From NCBI GenBank assembly GCA_036676495.1, contig JAKFCT010000014.1, positions 1 through 64,000 of the forward strand: a stretch of 64,000 nucleotides of DNA, written 5' to 3'. The position numbers and the translations under genes are program-made. Position 1 is the first letter of the stretch; every line of letters starts with the position of its first letter. The notes under the pieces are model-generated. The model was not told the origin of the DNA. It ran no database searches and was given only the letters and a program-made list of their open reading frames with translations. Source of the DNA: Candidatus Sericytochromatia bacterium (GTDB lineage Bacteria > Cyanobacteriota > Sericytochromatia > S15B-MN24 > UBA4093). Of the stretch, positions 56,832-64,000 are shown in pieces.

Positions 56832-57776
56832 TTAGGCGGCGGCCGGCGCCGTCGGCTTCTTGTTGCTCCAGTTGCGGATCAGCACCACCACGGGGACGGC
56901 GTTGAAGATGCTGGAGTAGGTGCCCGAGATGACTCCGATGAGCATGACGAGGGTGGCGTAGAAGATCGTCGATCCCCCCATCAGGACCAGGGGCAGCAAG
57001 GTCAGCACCAGCGTGAGCGAGATGTTGATCGAGCGCGCCAGGGTCTGGTTGATGCTCAAGTTGGCGACGTCGTCGAAGGTGTCGCCCTTCTTGGCAAGCC
57101 GCATGTTCTCGCGCAGACGGTCGAAGATGACGATCTTGTCGTGCACCGAGAAGCCCATGATGGTCAGCAGGGAGACCACCAGCATGCCGTCCGCCTCGGC
57201 CCCGAGCACCAGGCTCAGGATCGAGAAGGTACCCAGCATGACGACGCCATCGTGAAGCATCGCGAGGATCGACGAGACGGCGAAGTCGAACTGGTAGCGG
57301 AAGGTGATGTACAGGAGCAGGGCCAAGGTGCCGATGCCCATGGCCATGGCGGCGTTCTTGAGCAACTCGGCGCCGATGGTGGGGCCGACCGACTCGAGGC
57401 GGAAGGTCTTCTCGTCGATGGTGCCGAGCGTGCCGAGCGAGGCCTTGACCTCGGTGGACTTGGCCTTGTCGAGGTACTGGCTGCGGATCATGACGGTCTT
57501 GTTGTCCGTGGAGGTCTGGAGGTGCGGATGCACGCCCTGCTTCTCCAGGAGGCTGCGCACCTTCTGGGTCTCGACCGGCTCGGAGAAGGTGGCCTGCATG
57601 AGGGTGCCGCCCGTGAAGTCCAGGCCCAGCTTGACCGGCGCGCCGAAGTGCTGCATGCACATGATGATCGCGATGGTGAACGGCACCATGTATGCGAGCG
57701 AGAGCCAGAGCCAGAAGCCCTTGCGGCCCATGACGTTCAGGTGGAACTTGGTGTTGGAAGTTGATTCGTTGGCCAT
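56832..57776 (-). CDS. secF: Protein translocase subunit SecF
   Basis: LGLDFTGGT, VGPTIG.EL, GFSVHDKIVIFDRLREN, GTYSSIF. Confidence 0.96.
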   Translation of the reverse strand: MANESTSNTKFHLNVMGRKGFWLWLSLAYMVPFTIAIIMCMQHFGAPVKLGLDFTGGTLMQATFSEPVETQKVRSLLEKQGVHPHLQTSTDNKTVMIRSQYLDKAKSTEVKASLGTLGTIDEKTFRLESVGPTIGAELLKNAAMAMGIGTLALLLYITFRYQFDFAVSSILAMLHDGVVMLGTFSILSLVLGAEADGMLVVSLLTIMGFSVHDKIVIFDRLRENMRLAKKGDTFDDVANLSINQTLARSINISLTLVLTLLPLVLMGGSTIFYATLVMLIGVISGTYSSIFNAVPVVVLIRNWSNKKPTAPAAA

Positions 57777-57788
57777 GGAGCTCCCCCT

Positions 57789-59075
57789 TTAGCTAGCCTT
57801 GTTAGGCTCGGGGGCTTTGACCCCGAAGTAGGACGATTGGTTGAAGGCCTTGTTGCTCAGGATCTGGAAGAGCAGGACCCGGGTGACGGTGATGGCGGTG
57901 AACATCGAGACGATGACGCCGAGCGCCAGGGTCAGCGCAAAGCCTCGCACCAGGCCGGTGCCGAAGATGTAGAGGATGATACAGGTCAGCACGGTGGTGG
58001 AGTTCGAGTCGAAGATCGCCGTGAAGGCGCGCTTGAAGCCGATCTCGATGGCCGAGTAGAGGCTGCGACCCCGATTGAGCTCCTCCTTGGTCCGCTCGAA
58101 GATCAGGACGTTGGCGTCGACCGCCATGCCGATCGAGAGGATGAAGCCCGCGATGCCGGGAACGGTGAGGGTGACCGGGATCAGGTGGAAGATGGCGAGC
58201 AGCAGGACGGTGTAGATGCCGAGCGCGATACTGGCCACGAGGCCGGGCAGGCGGTAGTAGCCGATCATGTAGAGCACGACGAGCGAGAAGCCGACGATAC
58301 CCGCCATGACCGACGCCTTGACGGTGTCCGAACCGAGGGTGGGGCCGACGGTGCGGTTCTCGATCTCCTCGAGGGGAACCGGCAGGGCGCCCGCGTTCAG
58401 CTGAACGGCGACGTCCTGGGCTTCCTTGGCCGTGAAGTCGCCGGAGATGACGGCGTCGCCGTTGAGGATGGGCTCGTTGACGTTGGGGGCCGAGATGACC
58501 TTGTCGTCGAGGACCATGGCCACGGGGCGGCCGACGTTGCGGGAGGTGATCTCACCGAAGAGCTTGGCTCCCTGGGGATCGAACTTGATGGTCACGACCC
58601 AGCCGCCGCCCATGCCGGGGTTCGGCTCGGCCTTGGCGGAACGCAGCATGGAGCCGTCGAGGCCGGTGTCGACCCAGGCGGGCATCGCGGGAGCGCCGGG
58701 CTTGGCCGGCTGCGCCGCGGTGGCGGCCTGCTCCTGGAACTTCAGGTGCGCGGTCTTGCCGATCATGGCGCGGGCCCGGTCCGGATCTTCGATACCGGGC
58801 AGTTCCACGACGATCTGGCGATCGCCCTTCTTTTGAATGAGCGGCTCGGCCACGCCGAGACCGTCGACGCGGTTCCGTACCACCGAAATGATGCTCTGCA
58901 TCACCTCGGGGGTCACCTTGATCTTCTCGGTGTCCTTGGCTTCGAGCACGACTTGCATGCCGCCGCTGATGTCCAGGCCGAGCTTCGTCGGGAAGCGCTT
59001 CTGATCCTGGAGCACGTAAAGAGAACCGAGCGTCAGGAGGACCACGACGAGGAGCATGATTTTCCTAGGGCTCAA
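57789..59075 (-). CDS. secD: Protein translocase subunit SecD
   Basis: LGLDISGG, RVDGLGVAEP, GALP, VGPTLG, GMAVDANVLIFER; TTG start after GGAGG. Confidence 0.96.
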   Translation of the reverse strand: MSPRKIMLLVVVLLTLGSLYVLQDQKRFPTKLGLDISGGMQVVLEAKDTEKIKVTPEVMQSIISVVRNRVDGLGVAEPLIQKKGDRQIVVELPGIEDPDRARAMIGKTAHLKFQEQAATAAQPAKPGAPAMPAWVDTGLDGSMLRSAKAEPNPGMGGGWVVTIKFDPQGAKLFGEITSRNVGRPVAMVLDDKVISAPNVNEPILNGDAVISGDFTAKEAQDVAVQLNAGALPVPLEEIENRTVGPTLGSDTVKASVMAGIVGFSLVVLYMIGYYRLPGLVASIALGIYTVLLLAIFHLIPVTLTVPGIAGFILSIGMAVDANVLIFERTKEELNRGRSLYSAIEIGFKRAFTAIFDSNSTTVLTCIILYIFGTGLVRGFALTLALGVIVSMFTAITVTRVLLFQILSNKAFNQSSYFGVKAPEPNKAS

Positions 59076-59297
59076 GAGATCGCCTCCTACTGCGTGTTGC
59101 CCCGTGTGATTGGGCGGGTGTTCACTCCCGGAGAGCGCCGAAGGGGCTCCGATCCGGGTGGGAGATATGGCCCGGGCCGTCTCGCCATTCGGGACGTAAC
59201 CCCCGGACGACGGACCTTTTTGGGCCTTCGACAGTATAGGGAGTGGCCTGGGTGATGTCAACGGAGACCCAAACGGCCATCTCGGCCGGGTTTCGCC

Positions 59298-59822
59298 CTA
59301 CCGCCTGGGTTTCCTGAACCGAAGCAGGCGCTTCGCCCGCGAGACGATCGTATCCGCCATGGTATGCAGCGCCGAGCCGCCCCAGACGCCCAACAGGCCG
59401 TAGCCGACCCATGTCGGGTCGAGCCCGGTCGCGAGCACAGCCCCCCGGGTCGCCCAGCGCTCCCAACCGGCATCCAGCCATCCCAGCCCTCGGCCCAACG
59501 CCCAGATCCCCGCGAACGCCGCTGCCAGCCAGAGGCCCAGGTAGACGATCCGGACGATCGGTCCCAGAAAGAGGCCATGCGTCCACGCCGAGCGGTGCCG
59601 GAACATGCGCTGATAAGGAGTCCAGATCCCGCGCAAGGGCCCCCAGCGGCGGACCTGGACGCTCGGCAGGTCGAGGTCGGGGCCGAACATCAAGCCGCCG
59701 AACAGGAAGCCTGCCCCGAAGATCGCGCCCGCAAGCCACGATTCCGTGGCCCCGCCGAGGCCGAAGGCCAGCGGAAAAGCCGCTCCCCAAGTGAGTCCGT
59801 CGTGGGTCCTTCCCGATGGCAC
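59298..59822 (-). CDS. DUF2227-like metal-binding membrane protein
   Basis: MPSGRTHD, GPDLD, WGPL..IW.PY..F.HRS.WTHG, LHTMAD. Confidence 0.85.
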   Translation of the reverse strand: MPSGRTHDGLTWGAAFPLAFGLGGATESWLAGAIFGAGFLFGGLMFGPDLDLPSVQVRRWGPLRGIWTPYQRMFRHRSAWTHGLFLGPIVRIVYLGLWLAAAFAGIWALGRGLGWLDAGWERWATRGAVLATGLDPTWVGYGLLGVWGGSALHTMADTIVSRAKRLLRFRKPRR

Positions 59823-59895
59823 CGTCTAGCCAAGCCTTTCGCGTTTCGCTACAATGGCCCGGTCCCCTCCCCGTGCCGCGCTCAGGAGCCTACCC

Positions 59896-60663
59896 GTGCT
59901 CAAGCTCCTCCGGATCCTCTTGGTCACCAGCTTCACGGCGCTCGGCGCCTTCGTGATGCTGCCCCTGCCGTTCCTGGTCTGGGGCCCGGCGGCGTTGCCG
60001 GGGGCGGCGGAGGCCATTTCCTGGGGGGGACTCTCCGCAGGCCTATTCTACCCGTCGGCCCAACTCCTCGGAGTCTGGCTCGCCGGCTGCTGGCTCGGCC
60101 CCCGGGCCGGAGTCACCAGCATGGTGCTCTACCTCGCCCTGGGGCTCTTCGGACTGCCGGTCTTCATCGACGGCGGCGGCCTCCAATATGCCCAGCACGG
60201 CGCCTTGATGCCCCTGCTCTCGTTTCCCGTGGCCGCGTGGGTGATCTCGCGCGTCCGCGGAGAAGGGCCGGGACGTCGGACCTTCTGGGGCTTGCTCGCC
60301 GGGACCTTGATCGTCTCGGGAGTGGCGATCGTCAGCAGCGTCGCCGGGACCGGACTCTGGCTGGACGGGCCGCAGTGGTTCGCCTTCACCGCTCCCCAGC
60401 TTCAAGCGCTGGGCGGTTGGCTCGCCATGATGGTCCTCGTCGCCGCGGCCGCCTCGCGGATCGACCGCCTCTATCGCCGCTGGTATCCCCCGGCGCCTCC
60501 CGCCGAGCCGGAGCCCGAGCCCGAAGAAGCGGAGGCACCGCCCCAGCCGGCTCCCCCGGGGCTTACTCCCGGCCGCCGGGATCAACGCGCCCTGCCGCCC
60601 GCGATCACCGAGAACGCGAAGCGGCTTAGCGATCCGACGAGGCCCCAGCCTCCCGCTCGATAA
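59896..60663 (+). CDS. bioY: BioY-like biotin transporter with Pro/Glu-rich tail
   Basis: [23 protein letters not shown]; GTG start after AGGAG. Confidence 0.78.
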   Translation: MLKLLRILLVTSFTALGAFVMLPLPFLVWGPAALPGAAEAISWGGLSAGLFYPSAQLLGVWLAGCWLGPRAGVTSMVLYLALGLFGLPVFIDGGGLQYAQHGALMPLLSFPVAAWVISRVRGEGPGRRTFWGLLAGTLIVSGVAIVSSVAGTGLWLDGPQWFAFTAPQLQALGGWLAMMVLVAAAASRIDRLYRRWYPPAPPAEPEPEPEEAEAPPQPAPPGLTPGRRDQRALPPAITENAKRLSDPTRPQPPAR

Positions 60664-61087
60664 GCAACGTGACGGGGCCGTCGTTGACGAGCTCCACATC
60701 CATGTGCGCGCCGAAAACTCCCGTCTCGACCGGCAAGCCCGCTTGGCGTAGGCCTTGCACGAACGCATCGAAGAGGGGTTGAGCCACCTCCGGGCGAGCG
60801 GCCTGGATGAAGTCCGGGCGTCGCCCGCGGCTGGCATCCCCGTACAGCGTGAACTGGGAGACCGCGAGGACGCCGCCGCCGATGTCGACGACGGAACGGT
60901 CCATCTTCCCCGCTTCGTCCGGCCAGATGCGCAGGCCCAGGCATTTCTGGACCAGCCAGTCGGCTTCCTTGGGGGTGTCTCCGGTCCTAATTCCGACCAG
61001 GAGCAAGAGGCCGGGGCCGATTTCGCCGACGACCCGACCGTCAACCGTGACCTTGGCGCGTGCAACGCGCTGGAGCAGCACCCGCAT
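60626..61087 (-). CDS. dtd: D-aminoacyl-tRNA deacylase
   Basis: [30 protein letters not shown]. Confidence 0.96.
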   Translation of the reverse strand: MRVLLQRVARAKVTVDGRVVGEIGPGLLLLVGIRTGDTPKEADWLVQKCLGLRIWPDEAGKMDRSVVDIGGGVLAVSQFTLYGDASRGRRPDFIQAARPEVAQPLFDAFVQGLRQAGLPVETGVFGAHMDVELVNDGPVTLLIEREAGASSDR

Positions 61088-61090
61088 GGC

Positions 61091-61915
61091 TCAGCTCAGG
61101 GCGTTGGCCAGGGTGGCGAACTCGTCGAGACTGAGGGTTTCGCCGCGCCGCGTCAGGCTCACCCCGGTGGCGGCCTCGGCCTCGCGGAGGCGGTCCTTGT
61201 CGAAGGACATCGACAGGGCGTTGAGCAAGGTCTTGCGGCGCTGGTTGAAGGCGGCGCGCACGACCCGGAAGAAAACCCGCGGCTCCCGGACGTCGATGGC
61301 GGGCGCTTGGCGCGGGCGGATCCGGATCACCTTGGAGTCGACCTTAGGGGCCGGCTTGAAAGCCGTGCGAGGCACCTTGACGACGGTCTCGACCGTGGCG
61401 GCGTATTGGACCAGCACGGTGATCGAGCCGTAATCCTTGGTGCCGGGCCTGGCGCTGAGGCGATCGGCCACCTCGGCCTGGACCATGAGCAGGATGTCCG
61501 AGACCCGGCCCGTGAGCGCGGAGAACGGCTTGGTGCTGAGCTCTTCCTCGTGAAGCAATTTCAACAAGATCGGCGTGGTGATGTAGTACGGGATGTTGGC
61601 GACCACCTTGGTGCCGGTCTCGGGCAGGCCGAGGTCCTCCCAGGAGACCTTGAGGAAGTCGGACCAGACGATTTCGAGGTTCGGGAACTCGCGTTGCAGG
61701 GGCTCCAGGATGGGGACGAGGTCCCGGTCCAGTTCGACGGCCACGACCTTGCCGGCATGTCCGGCGAGCTCCCGGGTGAGGACTCCCTGTCCCGGACCGA
61801 TCTCGAGGACGCGGTCCTCTTTCGAGAGGTCGGCGGCGTCGACGATGGCTTCCAGGATCCGCCGATCCGAGAGGAAGTTCTGCCCCAGGCGCTTCTTGGC
61901 GCGGAACTGGCTCAT
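61091..61915 (-). CDS. rsmA: 16S rRNA dimethyladenosine transferase RsmA/KsgA
   Basis: KKRLGQNFL, LEIGPGQG, VANIPYYITTP, F.PAPKVDS, QRRKTL. Confidence 0.96.
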   Translation of the reverse strand: MSQFRAKKRLGQNFLSDRRILEAIVDAADLSKEDRVLEIGPGQGVLTRELAGHAGKVVAVELDRDLVPILEPLQREFPNLEIVWSDFLKVSWEDLGLPETGTKVVANIPYYITTPILLKLLHEEELSTKPFSALTGRVSDILLMVQAEVADRLSARPGTKDYGSITVLVQYAATVETVVKVPRTAFKPAPKVDSKVIRIRPRQAPAIDVREPRVFFRVVRAAFNQRRKTLLNALSMSFDKDRLREAEAATGVSLTRRGETLSLDEFATLANALS

Positions 61916-62529
61916 TTCTTGCGCTCCATGCGGGGTTCGGTCCCCTCGCGAAGGCGCCGGATATTCTCGCGGTGCCGGATGATGACGTAAAGGGAGACGA
62001 CGGCCGCGAAGGCCACGACTTCCAGCGATTGGCGCGTGAGCAGCATCAAGGCGGGAAGGGCGAGGGCCGCGGCGATCGACGCCAAGGAGACGATCCGGCT
62101 GAGGCTGAAGACCAGCGCCCAGACCAGCAGCGCTCCAAGGCCGGCCAACGGAGCCATCGCGACGATGGTCCCGGCCCCGGTCGCCACGGATTTCCCGCCC
62201 GTGAAGCGCAGGAAGACCGAGCGGCTATGGCCGAGGATGGTGGCGGCTGCGGCGAGCAGGATGCCCCAGCGGGGCAAGCCCAGAAACAGCGCCGCCGAGA
62301 CCGGCAGGACTCCCTTGAGGAAGTCCAGGGCGAAGCAGAAGAGGCCGGGGCCGCGGCCCAGGACTCTCACCACGTTGGTGGCCCCGACGTTGCCGCTGCC
62401 GTGCTGGCGAATATCCACCCCGTGCATGCGTCCGATCAGGAGCGCGAACGGGATGGATCCCAGCAGGTAGGCCGCGAGGGCGAGGGCGATCGCCAACGCG
62501 TCCGGAGTGAGCGGGAGGCCCGCTGCCAT
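61912..62529 (-). CDS. plsY: Glycerol-3-phosphate acyltransferase PlsY
   Basis: YLLGSIP, GSGNVGATN, DFLKG, GGKSVAT, RHRENI.RL..GTE. Confidence 0.96.
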   Translation of the reverse strand: MAAGLPLTPDALAIALALAAYLLGSIPFALLIGRMHGVDIRQHGSGNVGATNVVRVLGRGPGLFCFALDFLKGVLPVSAALFLGLPRWGILLAAAATILGHSRSVFLRFTGGKSVATGAGTIVAMAPLAGLGALLVWALVFSLSRIVSLASIAAALALPALMLLTRQSLEVVAFAAVVSLYVIIRHRENIRRLREGTEPRMERKK

Positions 62530-62532
62530 CGC

Positions 62533-63858
62533 TTAGCCGCGCTCCCGGCGGGCGCGGAACCAGAGGCGGATCGGAGTGCCCTCGAACCCGAAGGCCTCGC
62601 GAATCTTGTTCTCGAGGTAGCGCCGGTAGTGGTCGCTGACGAGCGTCGGATCGTTGCAGGACATCGCGAAGGTCGGAGGGTTGGTTTTGATCTGCGAGGA
62701 GTAGTAGACCCGCAGGCGGCGGCCCTTGACCGATGGAGGCGGCGTGAGGGTGAGGGCCTCGGTGATGACCTCGTTGAGGACGCCCGTGGTGATCCGGCGG
62801 GCGCTGGACTCGGCCGCGAGCAAGGCGGATTCGAGCACCTGGGTGACGCGCTGGCCGGTCTTGGCCGAGATGAAGACCACCGGAGCCCAGCGGACGTAGT
62901 AGAGGTCGTCGAGCAGCTGCTTGCGGTAGGCGGACATGGTGTGGGAGTCCTTGGAGACCAGGTCCCACTTGTTGACCGCGATCACGACGGCCTTGCCCGA
63001 ATCCTCGGCCATGCCGGCGATGCGCTGGTCCTGCTCGGTGACGCCGTCGACGGCGTCGATCAGCATGACGACGACGTCGGCGCGGTCCATGGCCTTGAGC
63101 GAGCGCACGACCGAGAAGCCCTCGACCCCGAAGCCGACCTTGCTCTTGCGGCGGATGCCCGCGGTGTCGACCAGCAGGAAGTCTTGTTCTTGCCAGTGGA
63201 GGCGGGTGTCGACGGCGTCGCGGGTGGTGCCCGAGACCTCGGAGACGATCATCCGCTCCTCGCCCAGGAGGGCGTTGGTGAGGGAGGACTTGCCGACGTT
63301 GGGACGGCCGACGAAGGCGATCTTGAGCTCGGTGTCCAGGTCCTCGGCTTCGGTCTTGGGCGGGAAGGTGTTCACGATGACGTCGAGCAGGTCACCGATC
63401 CCGTGGCCGTGCATGGCCGAGATGGGGTGGGGCTCGCCGATGCCCAGGGCGTAAAACTCCATGGCCTTGGGGTCGTCCTCGACCTTGTCGAGCTTGTTGA
63501 CCGCGATGAGCACGGGTTTCTTGGTGGTGCGCAGCTTGTTGGCGATGTCGTCATCGACCGGGGTGACCCCGGCGTCGCCATCGACGACGAAGATGATGAG
63601 ATCGGCTTCTTCCATGGCGGCCTGGGCCTGCTTCTCGATGGATTGCAGCAGCTCCTCGTCGGAGCCCGGCACGATCCCGCCCGTGTCGACGACGATGAAG
63701 TCACGGCCGTTCCAGTCGGTGCGCAGGTAGAGGCGGTCCCGGGTGACGCCGGGCTGGTCGTAGACGATGGCCTCGCGGGAGCCCACCAGACGGTTGATGA
63801 AGGTCGATTTGCCGACGTTGGGACGACCCACGATGGCGACGACCGGAAGGTTCTTCAT
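62533..63858 (-). CDS. der: Ribosome biogenesis GTPase Der
   Basis: Two GRPNVGKS G-domains; DTGG, DTAGIRR, FGFEGTPI. Confidence 0.98.
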   Translation of the reverse strand: MKNLPVVAIVGRPNVGKSTFINRLVGSREAIVYDQPGVTRDRLYLRTDWNGRDFIVVDTGGIVPGSDEELLQSIEKQAQAAMEEADLIIFVVDGDAGVTPVDDDIANKLRTTKKPVLIAVNKLDKVEDDPKAMEFYALGIGEPHPISAMHGHGIGDLLDVIVNTFPPKTEAEDLDTELKIAFVGRPNVGKSSLTNALLGEERMIVSEVSGTTRDAVDTRLHWQEQDFLLVDTAGIRRKSKVGFGVEGFSVVRSLKAMDRADVVVMLIDAVDGVTEQDQRIAGMAEDSGKAVVIAVNKWDLVSKDSHTMSAYRKQLLDDLYYVRWAPVVFISAKTGQRVTQVLESALLAAESSARRITTGVLNEVITEALTLTPPPSVKGRRLRVYYSSQIKTNPPTFAMSCNDPTLVSDHYRRYLENKIREAFGFEGTPIRLWFRARRERG

Positions 63859-64000
63859 TGGATGACCTCAAAGGGTTCGGGCTCGGAAAAGCCCAGGATC
63901 GGGATGGCTGCGGGAAGGTGGGGCCGGAGGGCGTCGACCAGGAAATCGACGACGGGCTGCTCGGTCGCCTGGTGACCAGCCTCGATGACGGTGAGGCCGC
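63855..64000 (-). CDS. Nif3-like dinuclear metal centre protein, C-terminal fragment
   Basis: Manual translation GLTVIEAGHQATEQPVVDFL...EPFEVIQ*; stop overlaps the der start (ATGA); absent from the ORF track. Confidence 0.8.
   Translation of the reverse strand, partial: GLTVIEAGHQATEQPVVDFLVDALRPHLPAAIPILGFSEPEPFEVIQ

Overview
A high-GC, gene-dense chromosomal window of about 59 CDS, mostly housekeeping: recA end, rnd, recQ-folC-yhaM, mutS, pdp, cysKE, rimO-pgsA-upp-cinA, typA-coaD, a class A PBP, pnp-yqeG, mltG-dnaX, an LPS/envelope glycosyltransferase cluster, mrp, secDF, dtd-rsmA-plsY-der. I saw no rRNA, tRNA, CRISPR array, prophage or IS. The mix of a diderm envelope, an SLH-barrel protein and cyanobacterial-like families without photosynthesis genes suggests a non-photosynthetic relative of cyanobacteria (inference only). 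Best leads: (1) a MarR regulator with a five-Cys tail co-transcribed with the Fe-S carrier Mrp/ApbC behind a palindromic operator, with a similar box at cysKE; (2) a PilB-like protein with all ATPase motifs degenerate, and a DUF4388/PATAN-like plus MshEN fusion, near GGDEF/HD-GYP genes; (3) an orphan 791-aa effector-like protein with a coupled small partner; (4) a 3xSLH plus small beta-barrel protein; (5) a probable ATC start codon, several leaderless genes and an orphan RelE-like mini-protein. All assignments come from reading motifs by eye; no database searches were run, and several starts were re-called from RBS position.
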